From Hypanus sabinus (Eukaryota), in contig NC_082718.1 in assembly GCF_030144855.1 (NCBI RefSeq), positions 110,670,001 to 110,734,000 on the forward strand: a DNA stretch of 64,000 nt. The letters are read 5' to 3'. Position numbers and translations under genes: made by a program. Positions 23,271 through 35,747 of this stretch are shown one piece after another (position 1 is the first letter of the stretch; every line of letters starts with the position of its first letter). The notes below the pieces were generated by a model. The model ran no database searches. It had not been told where the DNA came from and saw only the letters and a list, made by a program, of their open reading frames with translations.

Positions 23271-24221
23271 ACTCTTCCTGATTTTTATAAATGACCTGGA
23301 TGAGGAAGTGGAGGGATGGGTTAGTAAATTTGCTGATGACACAAAGGTTGGGTGTGTTGTGGATAGTGTGGAGGGCTGTCAAAGGTTACAGCGGGACATT
23401 GATAGGATGCAAAACTGGGCTGAGAAGTGGCAGATGGAGTTCAACCCAGCTAAGTGCGAGGTGGTTCATTTGGTAGGTCAAATATGATGACAGAATATAG
23501 TATTACTGGTAAGACTCTTGGTGGTGTGGAGAATCAAAGGGATCTTGAGGAATGAGTCCATAGGACACTCAACACTACTGCGCAGGTTGACTCTGTGGTT
23601 AAGAAAGCGTATGGTATACTGGCCTTCACCAAACGTGGGAATGAATTTAGGAGCCAAGAGGTAATGTTGCAGTTGTATAGGACCTTGATCAGACCCCACT
23701 TGGAGTACTGTGCTCAGTTCTGATTGCCTCACTATAGGAAGGATGTGGAAACCATAGAAAGGGTGCAGAGGAGATTTATAAGGATGTTGCCTGGTTTGGG
23801 GACCATGCCCTTATGAGTGAAACTGGTAATTTTTCCTTGGAATGACGGAGTGTGAGAGGTGACCTGATAGAGGTGTATAAGATGATGAGAGGTATTGATC
23901 ATGTGGATAGTCAGAGGCTTTTTCCCAAGGCTGAAATGGCTACCACAAGAAGGCACAGTTTTAAGGTGCTTGGAAGCAGGGACAGAGGAGATTTCAGGGG
24001 TAAGTTTTTTTACTCAGGAAGTGCATGGAATGGGCTGCCAAGAATGGTGGTGGAGGCAGATACGATAGGGTCTTTTTTAAGAGACTCCTGGACAGGTACG
24101 TAGAGCTCATAAAAATAGAGGGCTATGGGTAACCTTAGGTAATTTCTAAGGTAAGGACATGTTTGGTACAGCTTTGTGGGCTGAAGGGCCTGTATTGTGC
24201 TGTACGGTTGTCTATGTTTCT
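23271..24221 (+). mobile_element. CR1 3' ~950 bp nested in the older CR1
   Basis: FINDLDEEVEGWVSKFADDTK...; MRGDLIEVYKMMRG; tail tctatgtttc. Confidence 0.92.
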
Positions 24222-25857
24222 AAATTCCATCTGCCATTTTTCAGCCCATTTTTCCAGCTGATCTGAATCTCAATGCAAGCCATGATAGTCTTCCTCACTG
24301 TCCACTACACCCTTCAATCTTGGTGTCACCTGCAAATTTGCTGATCCAGCTAACCACATTATCATCCAGATCATTGAGATAGATGACAAACAGCAATGGA
24401 CCCAGCACTGGTCTGTGCTGCACTCTACTAGTCACAGTCATACAGTCAAAGTGGCAATGATTTATTACCCCTCTCTGGCTTCTCCCACAAATTACTACCT
24501 CATCTTGAATGCTGAACAACATAACCTCCTTGACCAACTTCCCATATAGGATGTTGTCAAATGCCTTGCTAAAGTGCATGTATACATCCACTGACTTGCC
24601 TTCATCTGCTTTCCTGGTAGCTTCCTTGAAAACTCTACAAGATTGGTTAGACATGACCTACTACACATGAAGCAATGCTGACTATCCTTAATCAGTCCAT
24701 GTCTATCATATATCCAGTCCTTTAGAATACCTTCCAATAACTTTCCCACTACTTATGTCAGGCTGACTGGCCTATAATTTCATGGTTTACTTTTTGAGCC
24801 TTTCTTAAACAGCAGAACAACATTAGCTATCCTCCAATCCTCCAGCACCTCAACTGTCACTAAGAATGATTTAAATATCTCTGCTAGGGCCCTAGTAATT
24901 TCTGCACTTACCTTCCACAGGGTCTGAGGAATCACCTTGTCAGACCTCAAGGCAGCAAACATATCCTTCTCTATAATCTGTAAAGAGACCATGAAGTTGA
25001 TGTCAATTAGCCTCACTCCTATAGACTCTCTGTCTGTATTCTGAGTGAATACAGATGCAAAAAAAAAGCATTTACAATCTCTCCCATCTCTTCAGGCTCC
25101 ACACATGGTTTACCATTCTGATCTTCCAGAGGACCAATTTTGTTCCTTGCAATCTTTTTGCTCTTAACCTATCAGTAGAATACCTTAGGATTCTCCTTCT
25201 CCTTGTATGCTAAGGCAACTTCATGCCTCCTTTTAACCCTCCTGATTTCTTCCTTAAATGTTCTCTTGCATTTCTTATACTCCATAAGCACCTTATTTGT
25301 TCCTACCTGCCTATACCTGCAACGCATCTTTTTTTCTTCACCAGGGCCTCAATTTTGCTTGTAACCCATGGTTTCCTATGCCTGTTTCTTTATCTGTTAT
25401 TCTGACAGGCACAATCAAATTTGTCTTTTGAAAGTGTCCCACCTTTGTACACCTTTGCCAGAAAACAGCCTGTCCCAATCCACACTTGCCAGATCTTTTC
25501 TGATACCATCAAAATTAGCCTTTCCCCAGTTTAGAACCAGACCTATCTTTTTGCATATTTACCTTGAAACTAATGGCATTGTGATCACTAGATGCAAGGT
25601 GTTCACCTAAACAAATTACTGTCAATGCACACAAAATGCTGGAGGAACTCTGCAGGCCATTCACCACCTTTGGTCACCTGCCCTGTCCCATTCCCTAATA
25701 GCAGATCAAGTTTCACACACTCTGTCATTGGGACTTCTATGCACTGATTAAGAAAACTTACCTGAACATATGCAACAATCTCTATCCCATCTAGTCCTTT
25801 TACAGTGTGGGAGTCCCAGTCAATATGTAGAAAGTTAAAATCACTGACGATAACAAC

Positions 25858-25985
25858 TTCTGAAGGGTGTTGGCCTGAACTGTCAACTGTACTCTTTTCC
25901 ATAGATGCTGCTTGGTTTGCTGAGTTCCTCCACCATTTTGTGTGTGTTGCTCGGATTTCCGGCATCTGAGGATTTTCTCTTGTTT
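25858..25985 (+). mobile_element. Short PLE terminal element with TSD
   Basis: gaagggtgttggcctgaactgtcaactg...ggcatctgaggattttctc; flanked by ataacaactt / atgacaactt. Confidence 0.7.
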
Positions 25986-26911
25986 ACTATGACAACTTTA
26001 TGTTTCTCACAACAGTCTGTGGTCTCTCTACAAACTTGATCCTCTAAATCCCTCGGACTGTTTGGTGGTCTGTAATATAGCCTTATTGGCATGGTCATAC
26101 ATTTTTTATTACTCATTTCCACCAATAACACCTTACTAGATGAGTCCGTCCTGACTGAGCAGTGCCGTGACATCTTCCTTGAGTAGTAATGCCACCCTTC
26201 ATCCTTTAATCCCTCCTCCCTCCTGCTCTGTTGTGTCTAAAACACCAGAACCCTGGAATACAGACCTGCCAGTCCTGCCTCTCCTGTAACCAAGTCTCAC
26301 TAATGACTACTATATCATAATTCCATGTGTTGATCCATGCTCTGAGCTCACCTGCCTTTTTTATGATATGCCTTGCATTGAAATATGTAGCTCAGACCAT
26401 TAGCTGCACCATGCTCTACCTCATGCTCAACATTATCCATAGGCTCATGGGGGATTTGGGTTGTTGGAGGCAGGGGAGTGAAGGACCATGGCCTAGCATT
26501 GGACCCCAACCTTATGTGAGACTGAATCAATGAGTTTGGAGCTAACCATTCCAGTATATATGTGCACAGATGATGTAGCACACAACAGGTCAGTGTGATC
26601 TTGGTTCTAAATTATGGATGAGGTTGAATAATTTCCCATATTTTGCCAGGAAAGTTGTTTCAAATGAGGTGCAGTGCCACAGAGAGAAAGACTGAGAACA
26701 GGGCTGGTGCAAGAACAGGACCTTACTTGACTCCAGCCTGCACTTGTACTTGTGGACCCATTCTGAATATCATGGCTACCATGGCATCCTATGGCAGATG
26801 GGAAAGGTTTTGAATTATTGAGGACAACCGATGTTGACAAGGGACCTCCATAACTGCTCACAATTAAGGGAGGCCATAAACACAATCTTTATCATAGTTC
26901 TTGAACTCGGC

Positions 26912-28170
26912 ACATAAGACCATAAGACAAAGTAGCAGAAGTCGGCCATTTGGCCCATCGAGTCTGCTCCGCCATATCATGATGAGCTTATCTAATCTCC
27001 CCTTTAGTCCCATTACCCCGCCTTCTCACCATAACCTTTGATGCCCTTACTACTCATATATCAATCAATCTCTGCCTTAAGAACACCCAATGACTTGGCC
27101 TCCACTGCTGCCCGTGGCAACAAATACCATAGATTCACCACCCTCTGGCTAGAAAATTTTTTTCACATCTCTGTTCTGAATGGGCGCTCTGCAATCCTCA
27201 AGTCATGTCCTCTCATACTAGACTCCCGGACCATGGTAAACAACTTTGCTACATCCACTCTCTCCATGCCTTTCAACATTCGAAATGTTTCTATGAGGTC
27301 CCCCCTCATTCTTCTAAACTCCAAGGAGTACAGTCCAAGAGTGGTCAAACGTTCCTCATATTATTAACCCCCTCATTCCTGGAATCCTTCTAGTGAATCT
27401 TCTCTGAACCCTCTCTAACGTCAGCACATCCTTTCTTAAATAAGGAGCCCAAAACTGCACACAGTATTCCAAGTGAGGTCTTACCAGTGCCTTATAGAGC
27501 CTCAACATCACACCTCTGCTGCTATACTCTATTCCTCTAGAAATGAATGCCAACATTGCTTTCGCCTTATTCACCACCAACTCAACCTCTAGGTTAACCT
27601 TAAGGGCATCCTGCACAAGGACTCCCAAGTCCCGTTGCATCTCAGAACTTTGAATTCTCTCCCTACTTAAATAATAGTCTGCCCGTTTATTTCTTATACC
27701 AAAGTGCATGACCATACACTTTCTGACATTGTAATTCATTTGCCACTTCTTTGCCCATTCCCCCAATCTATCCAAGTCTCTCTGCAGACTCTCTGTTTCC
27801 TCAGCACTACCGGCCCCTCCACCAATCTTTGTATCATCAGCAAACTTAGCCACAAAGCTATCTATTCCATAATCCAAATAATTCATATACAATGTAAAAA
27901 GAAGCGGCCCCAACACGGACCCCTGTGGAAAACCACTGGTAACCGGCAGCCAACCAGAATGGGATCCCTTTATTCCCACTCTCTTTTTCCTGCCAATCAA
28001 CCAACACTCTATCCACGTATGTAACTTTCCCGTAATTCCATGGGCTCTTATCTTGTTTAGCAGCCTCATGTGCGGCACCTTGTCAAAGGCCTTCTGAAAA
28101 TCCAAATATACAACATCCACTGCATCTCCCTTGTCTAGCCTACTTGTAATTTCCTCAAAAAATTGCATTA
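26912..28170 (-). mobile_element. 5'-truncated CR1 LINE with RT domain
   Basis: ORF 27356..28270 has VYLDFQKAFDKVPH, GFPQGSVLGPLLF and FADDTK. It is frameshifted into LGLYSLEFRRMRGDL; (tcttatgg) tail. Confidence 0.95.
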
Positions 28171-28469
28171 GTTGAAGTGCAACTAGGTTGCACTTAGGTT
28201 GGATATTGCAACTAGGTTGGACATGGTGAAGGTCATGTCTCCGAATGGACAAAAACAGTATTTGTCCCAACAGAGTAGAACCCTAGAGATATTTTTCCAT
28301 GTAGCAGATGACAGAGAGACCCTTCAATATTTATCACAGTTGAACTTATTTTCTTGAAAATTGTTTTCTTAAAAATATTTAAAGATCTTTGAAAGATCAG
28401 TCTATTTGTCACATGTATATAGCAACTCCTTATCCTTTCCACTGCTGACCTGGGAAGTGGTAAATGTGT

Positions 28470-28665
28470 GGAACACCCAGGGGTAGCTGTAGCGGTAGAT
28501 ACATTAAGGGCAATTAAGAAATTCTTAGATAGGCACATGGATGATAGAAAAATGGAGGGCTATGTAGGAACGAAGGGTTAGATTGATCTTAGAGTAGATT
28601 AAAATCTCTGCACAACATTGTGGGTTGCAGGGAACCGTACTGTGCTGTACTGTTCTAAGTTTTGT
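28470..28665 (+). mobile_element. CR1 3' fragment
   Basis: gatacattaagggcaattaagaaattcttagataggcacatgg...gtactgtgctgtactgttcta. Confidence 0.75.
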
Positions 28666-28922
28666 TACTGCTAAACCTGGACAGATTTTTTGATGAATAA
28701 AGAAATGATAATCCTATTCAATATCAAACTTCTTCACCTGAAACCTGCCAGATGCAAAGTACAGTAAATCGCATGGATAGAAACCAGAGAGAATACCAAA
28801 AAGGTCTGTCGAACCGCCTGACAGCTCAATGCCTGGCTTGATCAAAAGCTTTTCCTTTCCAACCATTTGTTATTCTTGAATCCAGCAACAAAGCTGTTAG
28901 TCAGGCCATAAGGTAACAGGGT

Positions 28923-29080
28923 AAATCCACCACCACCGCTCTGATTGGGTGATCCCGGTTCTGTAAGTGATTGTGATCGACTTTCTGTTGCTCTGGAGAA
29001 ATCCACCACCACCACCCCTCTGATTGGGCGATCCCAGTGCTGTAAGTGACTGTAATCGACTCTCTGTATCCTGGAGAAAT
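28923..29080. repeat. Tandem duplication of a ~76-78 bp unit
   Basis: aaatccaccaccacc..ctctgattggg.gatccc.gt.ctgtaagtga.tgt.atcgact.tctgt...ctggag occurs twice. Confidence 0.9.
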
Positions 29081-29159
29081 TACTCCACTTGTACTGGGGG
29101 GAGTCGCTGCAATTTTTACCTTCATTCTTTAAATTAGACTGTTTTCTGAATAAACTAAA

Positions 29160-29375
29160 GTCATAGAACATAAAAAATTTGCCCTTCTTATCCATGCTGA
29201 ACTATTATTCTGCTTTGTCCCATTTACTTGCATCTGGCCCATAGCCCTCGAGATCTCTTCCATCCATGTAACTATCCATATTTTTCTTAGATGTTGAAAT
29301 CCAATCCACATCCACAGTTCCACTGGCAGCTTGTTCCAAACCTTCACCCTCTGGGAGTGAAGATGTTCACCCTCA
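29160..29375 (-). mobile_element. CR1 3' fragment
   Basis: ORF fragment SQRVKVWNKLP; catagaacata tail. Confidence 0.7.
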
Positions 29376-29474
29376 TTTTCCACTAAAACTGATTTTGTTT
29401 GGAGCACAGTTTATGAGACTTCCTCCTGTGATATCTCTGTCTCACTGGTTGAAGCAGTGATGACAATAAAACAA

Positions 29475-30763
29475 AGAACAAAGAATGATACAGCACAGGC
29501 CATTCAGCACATAATGTTGTGCTGACCCTTAAACCCTGCCTCCCATATAACCCTCCACCTTAAATTCCTCCATATACCTGTGTAGTAGTCTCTTAAATTT
29601 CATTAGTATAACTGCTTCCAGCACTGACTCAGGCAGTACATTCCATGCACCAACCACTCTCTGAATAAAAAACCTTCCTCTAATATCTCCCTTGAACTTT
29701 CCTCTCTTTACCTCAAAGCCATGTCCTCTTGTACTGAGCAGTGGTGCCCTGAGGAAGAGGTGCTGGCTGTCCACTCTGTCTATTCCTGTTAATATCTTGT
29801 ATACCTCTATCATGTCTCCTCTCATCCTCCTTCTCTCCAGAGAGTAAAGTCCTAGCTCCCTTAATCTCTGATCATAATGCAAACTCTCCAACCCAGGTAG
29901 AATCCTGGTAAATATCCTCTGTACCCTTTCCAATGCTTCCACATCCTTCCTATAGTGAGACAACCAGAACTGGACACAATACTCCAAGTGTGGCCTAACC
30001 AGAGTTCTATAGAGCTGCATCATTACCCCATGACTCTTAAACTCTATCCCTTGACTTATGAAAGCTAACACTCCATAAGCTTTCTTAACTACCCTATCTA
30101 CCTGTGAGGCAACTTTCAGGGATCTGTGGACATGTACCCCCAGATCCCTCTGCTCCTCCACACTCCCAAGTATCCTGCCATTTACTTTGAACTCTGCCTT
30201 GGAGTTTGTCCTTCCAAAGTGTACCATGTCACACTTCTCCAGGTTGAACTCCATCTGCCACTTCTCAGCCCACTTCTGCATCCTATCAATGTCTCTCTCC
30301 AATCTTCGACAATTCTCAACACTATCCACAGCACCACCAACCTTTGTGTCATTTCCAAACCTACCAATCCACCCTTCTACCCCCACATCCAGGTCGTTAA
30401 CAAAAATCACGTAAAGTAGAGGTCCCAGAACCGATCCTTGTGGGACACCACTAGTCACAACCCTAACCAATCCGAATGTACTCCCTCCACCATGACCCTC
30501 TTTTTTCTGCTGGCAAGCCAATTCTGAATCCACCTGGCCAAACTTCCCTGGATCCCATGCCTTCTGACTTTCTGAATAAGCCTACCATGTGGAACCTTGT
30601 CAAATGCCTTACTAAAATCCATGTAGATCACATCCACTGCACTACTCTCATCTATATGCCTGGTCACCTCCTCAAAAACACTCTGTCAGGCTTGTTAGAC
30701 ACGATCCACCCTTCACAAAACCATGCTGACTGTCCCTGATCAGACCATGATTCTCTAAATGCC
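29475..30763 (-). mobile_element. 5'-truncated CR1 LINE with RT domain (inactive)
   Basis: ORFs 30455..30667 (YMDFSKAFDKVPH) and 29529..30533 (SGVPQGSVLGPLL; catalytic motif mutated to FGNDTK). Frameshift between them. Confidence 0.95.
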
Positions 30764-31784
30764 AATTCGTTGTTTTTATATCTAAATATAAATTCTTCAA
30801 ATTGTCTTGGCAAGATTTGAATCTATTGTATCATGACTCCAGGGACATGAACATTATTCACCTGCATCTTGTATATTTTTGGTGTCTTCGTTGTGTAAGG
30901 TTTATATTTTAGTAATCGAGTCTGATTTTCTGAAGCCTGGCTCTGCATTATTAATACTTGCTCCAGTGTCACAGGGTCTGAGTGGAAGCGGAAGCGGAAT
31001 CAATGGAATGACTACTCAAGCTTTCTCACATTGAAAAATGTTACGAGTAATGATCTGCTACTTGAATGTACCTTTCATCACCCATCGGTGCCTGATCCTT
31101 ATTTTATAAAGAAACTGGAACTCATATGTGAAAAAAATAAAGAAATCAAAGACTTTCCTTCATTTAGCACCTTGCCAAATGTATTATATTTCCAAAAAAC
31201 ATATCTTATTCATAAACTATATTGTGGTACTCCAGGAGACAGTGCATTGTCTTTCAACACCGTACCAAGCCAATCATGACGTTCAAGATCAAAATTCAAG
31301 CTGTGGGACAAGTTCAATGGTAATTGGCATTTGTGAAGGCAGAGGGGAAGGGCAACACTCTGAGTCAAGAAACTGCATGAAAATTGAGGTTATTAAAATT
31401 TAGCTTTATTTCTCACATTTACGTCAAGATATGCACAATTTGAGGATGTGCTGTGAGCAGCCTGCAAGAGTTTCCATGCTTTTGATACCAACATAGCATG
31501 CCCACTGCCTACTACAGGAGCATCTGGAGGAAACCCACATGGTGATAGGGAGAAAGTACAAACTCTTTGAAAACAGACATTGGGCTTTTATTTTAATTTG
31601 ATATCATTAAAAAACAAGGTGGAGGTCCTATCTGGAAGTGGATGTAAAAAAACCCAGCAGATTATGAGCAACGAACACCCAAAAAGGACTTGTGGCTACT
31701 GTAGCGAGGCTGGTTGAGCACATAGTTGGAAAGCAGCAGAGATCACAGACAGGGAGCAGTGAGAGAGGGTTCCTGGGAACTTGT

Positions 31785-31950
31785 CACCTATCACCTGCCA
31801 GCCTGTATTCAATCCCCTAACTTCAATTTCTTATTCTGGCTTCCTTTCCCATCCTGATGAAGGGTCTTAGCCCAAAGGATCAACCATTTATTTCTTGCCA
31901 TTGATATTGCCTGACCTGCTGAATTCCTCCAGCATTTTTGTGTGTATTGT
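31785..31950 (+). mobile_element. PLE terminal fragment
   Basis: cacctatcacctgccagcc...cctgatgaagggtcttagcccaaag...gcctgacctgctgaattcctccagcatt. Confidence 0.75.
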
Positions 31951-33689
31951 TGAGAGATCAAGTGTTTTTCTTTATCAGAGCAAAAGTTCATTCAAGGGTC
32001 TTACGAGCCTGGTGGTACTCAGCAAAGTGGTACCCGTGACCAATGGCAACATCTTACAGACAGCTTGCAAAACTACCAGAAACTCTTCTTCTGCTAGATG
32101 TACTTCCTCTTTTGAATGGCAATCGATTGCAGCCTGTGAATTCAATTTTAAGAATGCATTTTTGTGCCGATTGAACAACCTGGTACTTCTGCAATCTCCT
32201 GGGGGAATTCGGTGTGGATGAGATTTTGTGTCGATTCCTAATAGTGGAACACGAACCCATGGCCAGCTCCATTACTCTCCGCTGATTAAGGTGTCAAGCA
32301 AGATTAAAATTGTCAAGGATGAGAACAGAAAACAAACAAGCATTCTGCACTATCTGCCTACGTTTGATCGGTTTCTCCTGCTCCTGCCAGTGGGCAGAAG
32401 GTGCAGGAGATTTGGTTCGGGAGCAGTTGCTGCCTGCAATCATTGAGCTTCTGGACAGACACACCTCAGTGCTGAACGTGCTCTGCAGTTGTGGACTTGC
32501 TTCGGGGATTCTGCAGTTCTTGCTCCTTGTGTTATTTAACTATTTGCATGATTTGACTGAAATGCTTCAGCCCTGAACTAACTCTGTACCAGTACAATGA
32601 AGAGGGTTCACTTTTGGGCACTCTGGATACTGTTTGCATGATTTGTTCTTTTATCTCGCATTGGGTACTTAATGGTCTTGTTGTGTGGGGTTTTTATTTG
32701 AACGTGTTCTATTGTGTTTGTTTTGTGGCTGCCTGCAAGAAGATGAATCTCAAGGTTGTATGCTGTATACATACTTTGATAATATGTGTATGTTCAACTT
32801 TGAACCTGTGCGGACCACAGTAAGATGCTGCAAACTGGAATTGAAATTCTAGTGTTTAAAATACCTCCACTTAGCAGTAACCTGTTTTGGATCATTTTTT
32901 TTGTCCACAGAAACTCTCAAATTATACAAGCTCTCACTTCATTCAAAAGAAGTAACCCTCAGCTCAGACTAATCACACCTTCCCTGAACTGCTAATTCTA
33001 TGGCAAAAAAACTCATGAGGATAAAGATCTGGTGCCTCCTCACATTGGTGTGTGAGCAGGACTGCCAGAGCCAGGCTGGCTAGGTCAGTCCCTGAGCTAC
33101 TAGCCCCAGAAGAAATCAAGGAAAGATTAATTGATCCTGTTAGTAACTGCTGATTGAAATTCCAGCCAATTAATCAATTGTAATTAATTAATTGACAGCC
33201 CTGACTGTAACATTTTTTGTCATAGCTGCTTTAATATCACAATTCCAAGTTGTGTTCAAGACTGAATTGATCTGATGCAGCCAAATTAGAAACTATGCCC
33301 AGGGATAAAGCTGCAATATTTCCTTTATAGAACATCTCTTCTCTTCATACTTTCCAAACTATATGAATTCACAATAACCAATAAGAGAATTTTTCATTCA
33401 TAAATCTTTTAACAAGGCAGAAAGATTCGATTGTTCATGGTAGGAATGTTCTTAAACAAAATTTAACATCTCTGCCTCTGGCCTAAAATGATTCCTGAAG
33501 CACACATCTTTGGAAACATTAAGAATATTTTTTTCTGAACTCTGTGACATTGTCCTTTGGTCACAGAATTAAGTGATACACAAGAACTAGCCCTTTGGTC
33601 CACATATTCGCATTGACCACCAAGGACCCATCTGCACTAACTCCATTCTATTTTCCCAATATTCTCACCAACTCCCCCATCTCCCAATT

Positions 33690-34460
33690 TTCTCTTCTCC
33701 TCTCCTCCAACAGGCAGAAGAAACATAAATCTGAAAGTGCATACCACCAGGATAAAGGACAATTTCTACCCCACTATTATCAGAATGGTGAACAGACCTG
33801 TTGGACGCTGAGCCTCATGATCTACCTTGTTATGAACTTGCGCTTTTCCTGTAGCCTCTATATTTATTTATTTAGAGAAACAGCGCAGAGCAGACCTCCC
33901 CGCTGAACGAGCCATGCTGCCTACCAGCCACCTATTTAACCCTAGCCTAATCACAGAATAATTTACAATGACCAATTAACCTACCAAGAGGTACACCGTT
34001 GGACTGTGGGGGGAAATGGAGCACTGAGAGGAAACACACACTTTCCCTGAGAGGAATGACATCAGAATTGAACACCGAACTCCAATGCCTTAAGCTGTAA
34101 TATTGCCGTGCTAACCACTACACTACTGTAGCGCCTTTATTCTTCATCATTATTGTTTTACCTTGTTCTACCTCAATACACAGTGCAACAAATTGATCTG
34201 TATGAACATTATGCAAGACAAGCTTTTCACTGTATCTCAGTCCATGTGACACTAATAAACCAATATCAATATCAATATTGTGACCTCGCAATCTACCTCA
34301 TTATGATTGATTCCCTGCACTGTAATTTCTCTGTAGTTGTTACTCTGTATATTGTAATTGTTTTACCTTCATGCACTGTGTAATGATCTGATCTGTATGA
34401 ACAAGCTTTTCACTGTATCTTGGACATGTGACATTAATAAACCAAAACCAATTCCAATTC
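33690..34460 (+). mobile_element. Two tandem Rex1-type 3' tails, the first interrupted by a minus-strand V-SINE (~33860-34135)
   Basis: Duplicated gatctgtatgaac..aagcttttcactgtatct..gtgaca.taataaaccaa at ~34195 and ~34390. Confidence 0.6.
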
Positions 34461-35664
34461 CGCTGCTCACCTACACCTGGGACAATTCAGTCACCAACTA
34501 ATGCACCAGTTGCTTATTCATGGTGTGTGGGAAGAAACCAGAGCACCCAGAGGAAACCCATAAGCGCATGAGGAGATCAGGGAAACTACACACAGGCAGT
34601 GGTAAGAAACATGATAGGATTAGACCACTGGGACTCTTAGGCAACCGCCCCACATACCATCTAGGCAATCCATCAGAGGTGCAAAGACTGCCAGCTGAGT
34701 TTTTGCTTAATATAGCTGTGATATTTCTGTTAAAATGAAGAAAGGGTTTATGATTATTTCCAGAAGCACAGGCCTTGATGGATATGATTTCACAATCAAA
34801 CATTCTACGTGAAAAGACTGCAGAAGTAAGTGAAGGACAATTAGCATAGTAACTGTCTGGTGAGATGGGTTACCATTCCAGGAGTAATTATATTTCTGAA
34901 TAAAGCTGTTGAACAGCCTCAGACAATAATGTCAGGTAGTGTAACAGCTCCCCTGCTTCCACTCCTTGAAAGGACTTGTACTTCTATCATGACTTTATAA
35001 CTCCAAATCATTGTCAAAAGCTTTGCATCCATTGAGGTTCTCTCCTTTTTGAGGAGTACTTGCTGCTACAATGTAGGAAAATTAATCTTAGATCACATTA
35101 TTAGAGAATGGAGTTATACCACAGGCATTGACTAGGATAAGTTTTCAACAGATTAAGGATCATGAATCAACTTTATTCACCATATGCATTTACGTGTATT
35201 GGGTATTTGCTGTGTTGTGTTGGTCAGGGTTCAACATACAACAAAAAACACCAACACTTCAACAATTATAAAGAATTATATAAAAAATAAAGTTACAGGT
35301 TAATATATGTGTATCAAACAAGCAGCCAGAGGAAATGCTGAGGCAAGTACAGCATTTAAGATGCACTTGGATAGGTACATGGATAGGAAGAGTTCAGAGG
35401 GATTTAGGCCAAATGTGGGTAAATGGGACTAGTTCAGCTGGGAATTTTGGTCAGCATGGACCTGAAGGGCTGAAGGGTCTTTTTCCACAATGTATGACTC
35501 TATAGGTTCAGCGGTGTGTTGATCATCTGGTTCCCCAGTTGAGTTAAAGGAATTCAATGGTTGTTTCCCAGTGTGAAGTGTTGGGTCATTGATGCCTTGT
35601 GTCCCATATACGTTCAGCGAAAAGGGGGCTTTCATTTAATTTGATCCTATCCTGAGCCGATTGA

Positions 35665-35667
<3 letters not shown>

Positions 35668-35738
<71 letters not shown>

Positions 35739-35747
35739 TTTTTTTTT
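35668..35747. repeat. Compound microsatellite (CT)n(CCT)n followed by C and T runs
   Basis: Direct inspection. Confidence 0.97.

Larger units (their letters stand above)
22965..26420 (-). mobile_element. Long degraded CR1 (APE through RT), interrupted by an opposite-strand CR1 and PLE termini
   Basis: ORF fragments YYRPPNS, VSDFNF.HIDW, WRIANVVLLFKKG, FSKAFD, GPLLFVIYLNDLD..SKFAGDTK. Sequence gtctgcatta (23270) resumes as aattccatctgcc (24223). Confidence 0.85.

Noticed and set aside
27356-30533. Functional reverse transcriptase genes
   Set aside because: Both are 5'-truncated and frameshifted CR1 copies; one has the catalytic FADD changed to FGND.
30982-31000. Tandem ETS-like ggaagcggaagcggaa as a promoter
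   Set aside because: No CpG island or other promoter context; could be a chance 6-bp duplication.
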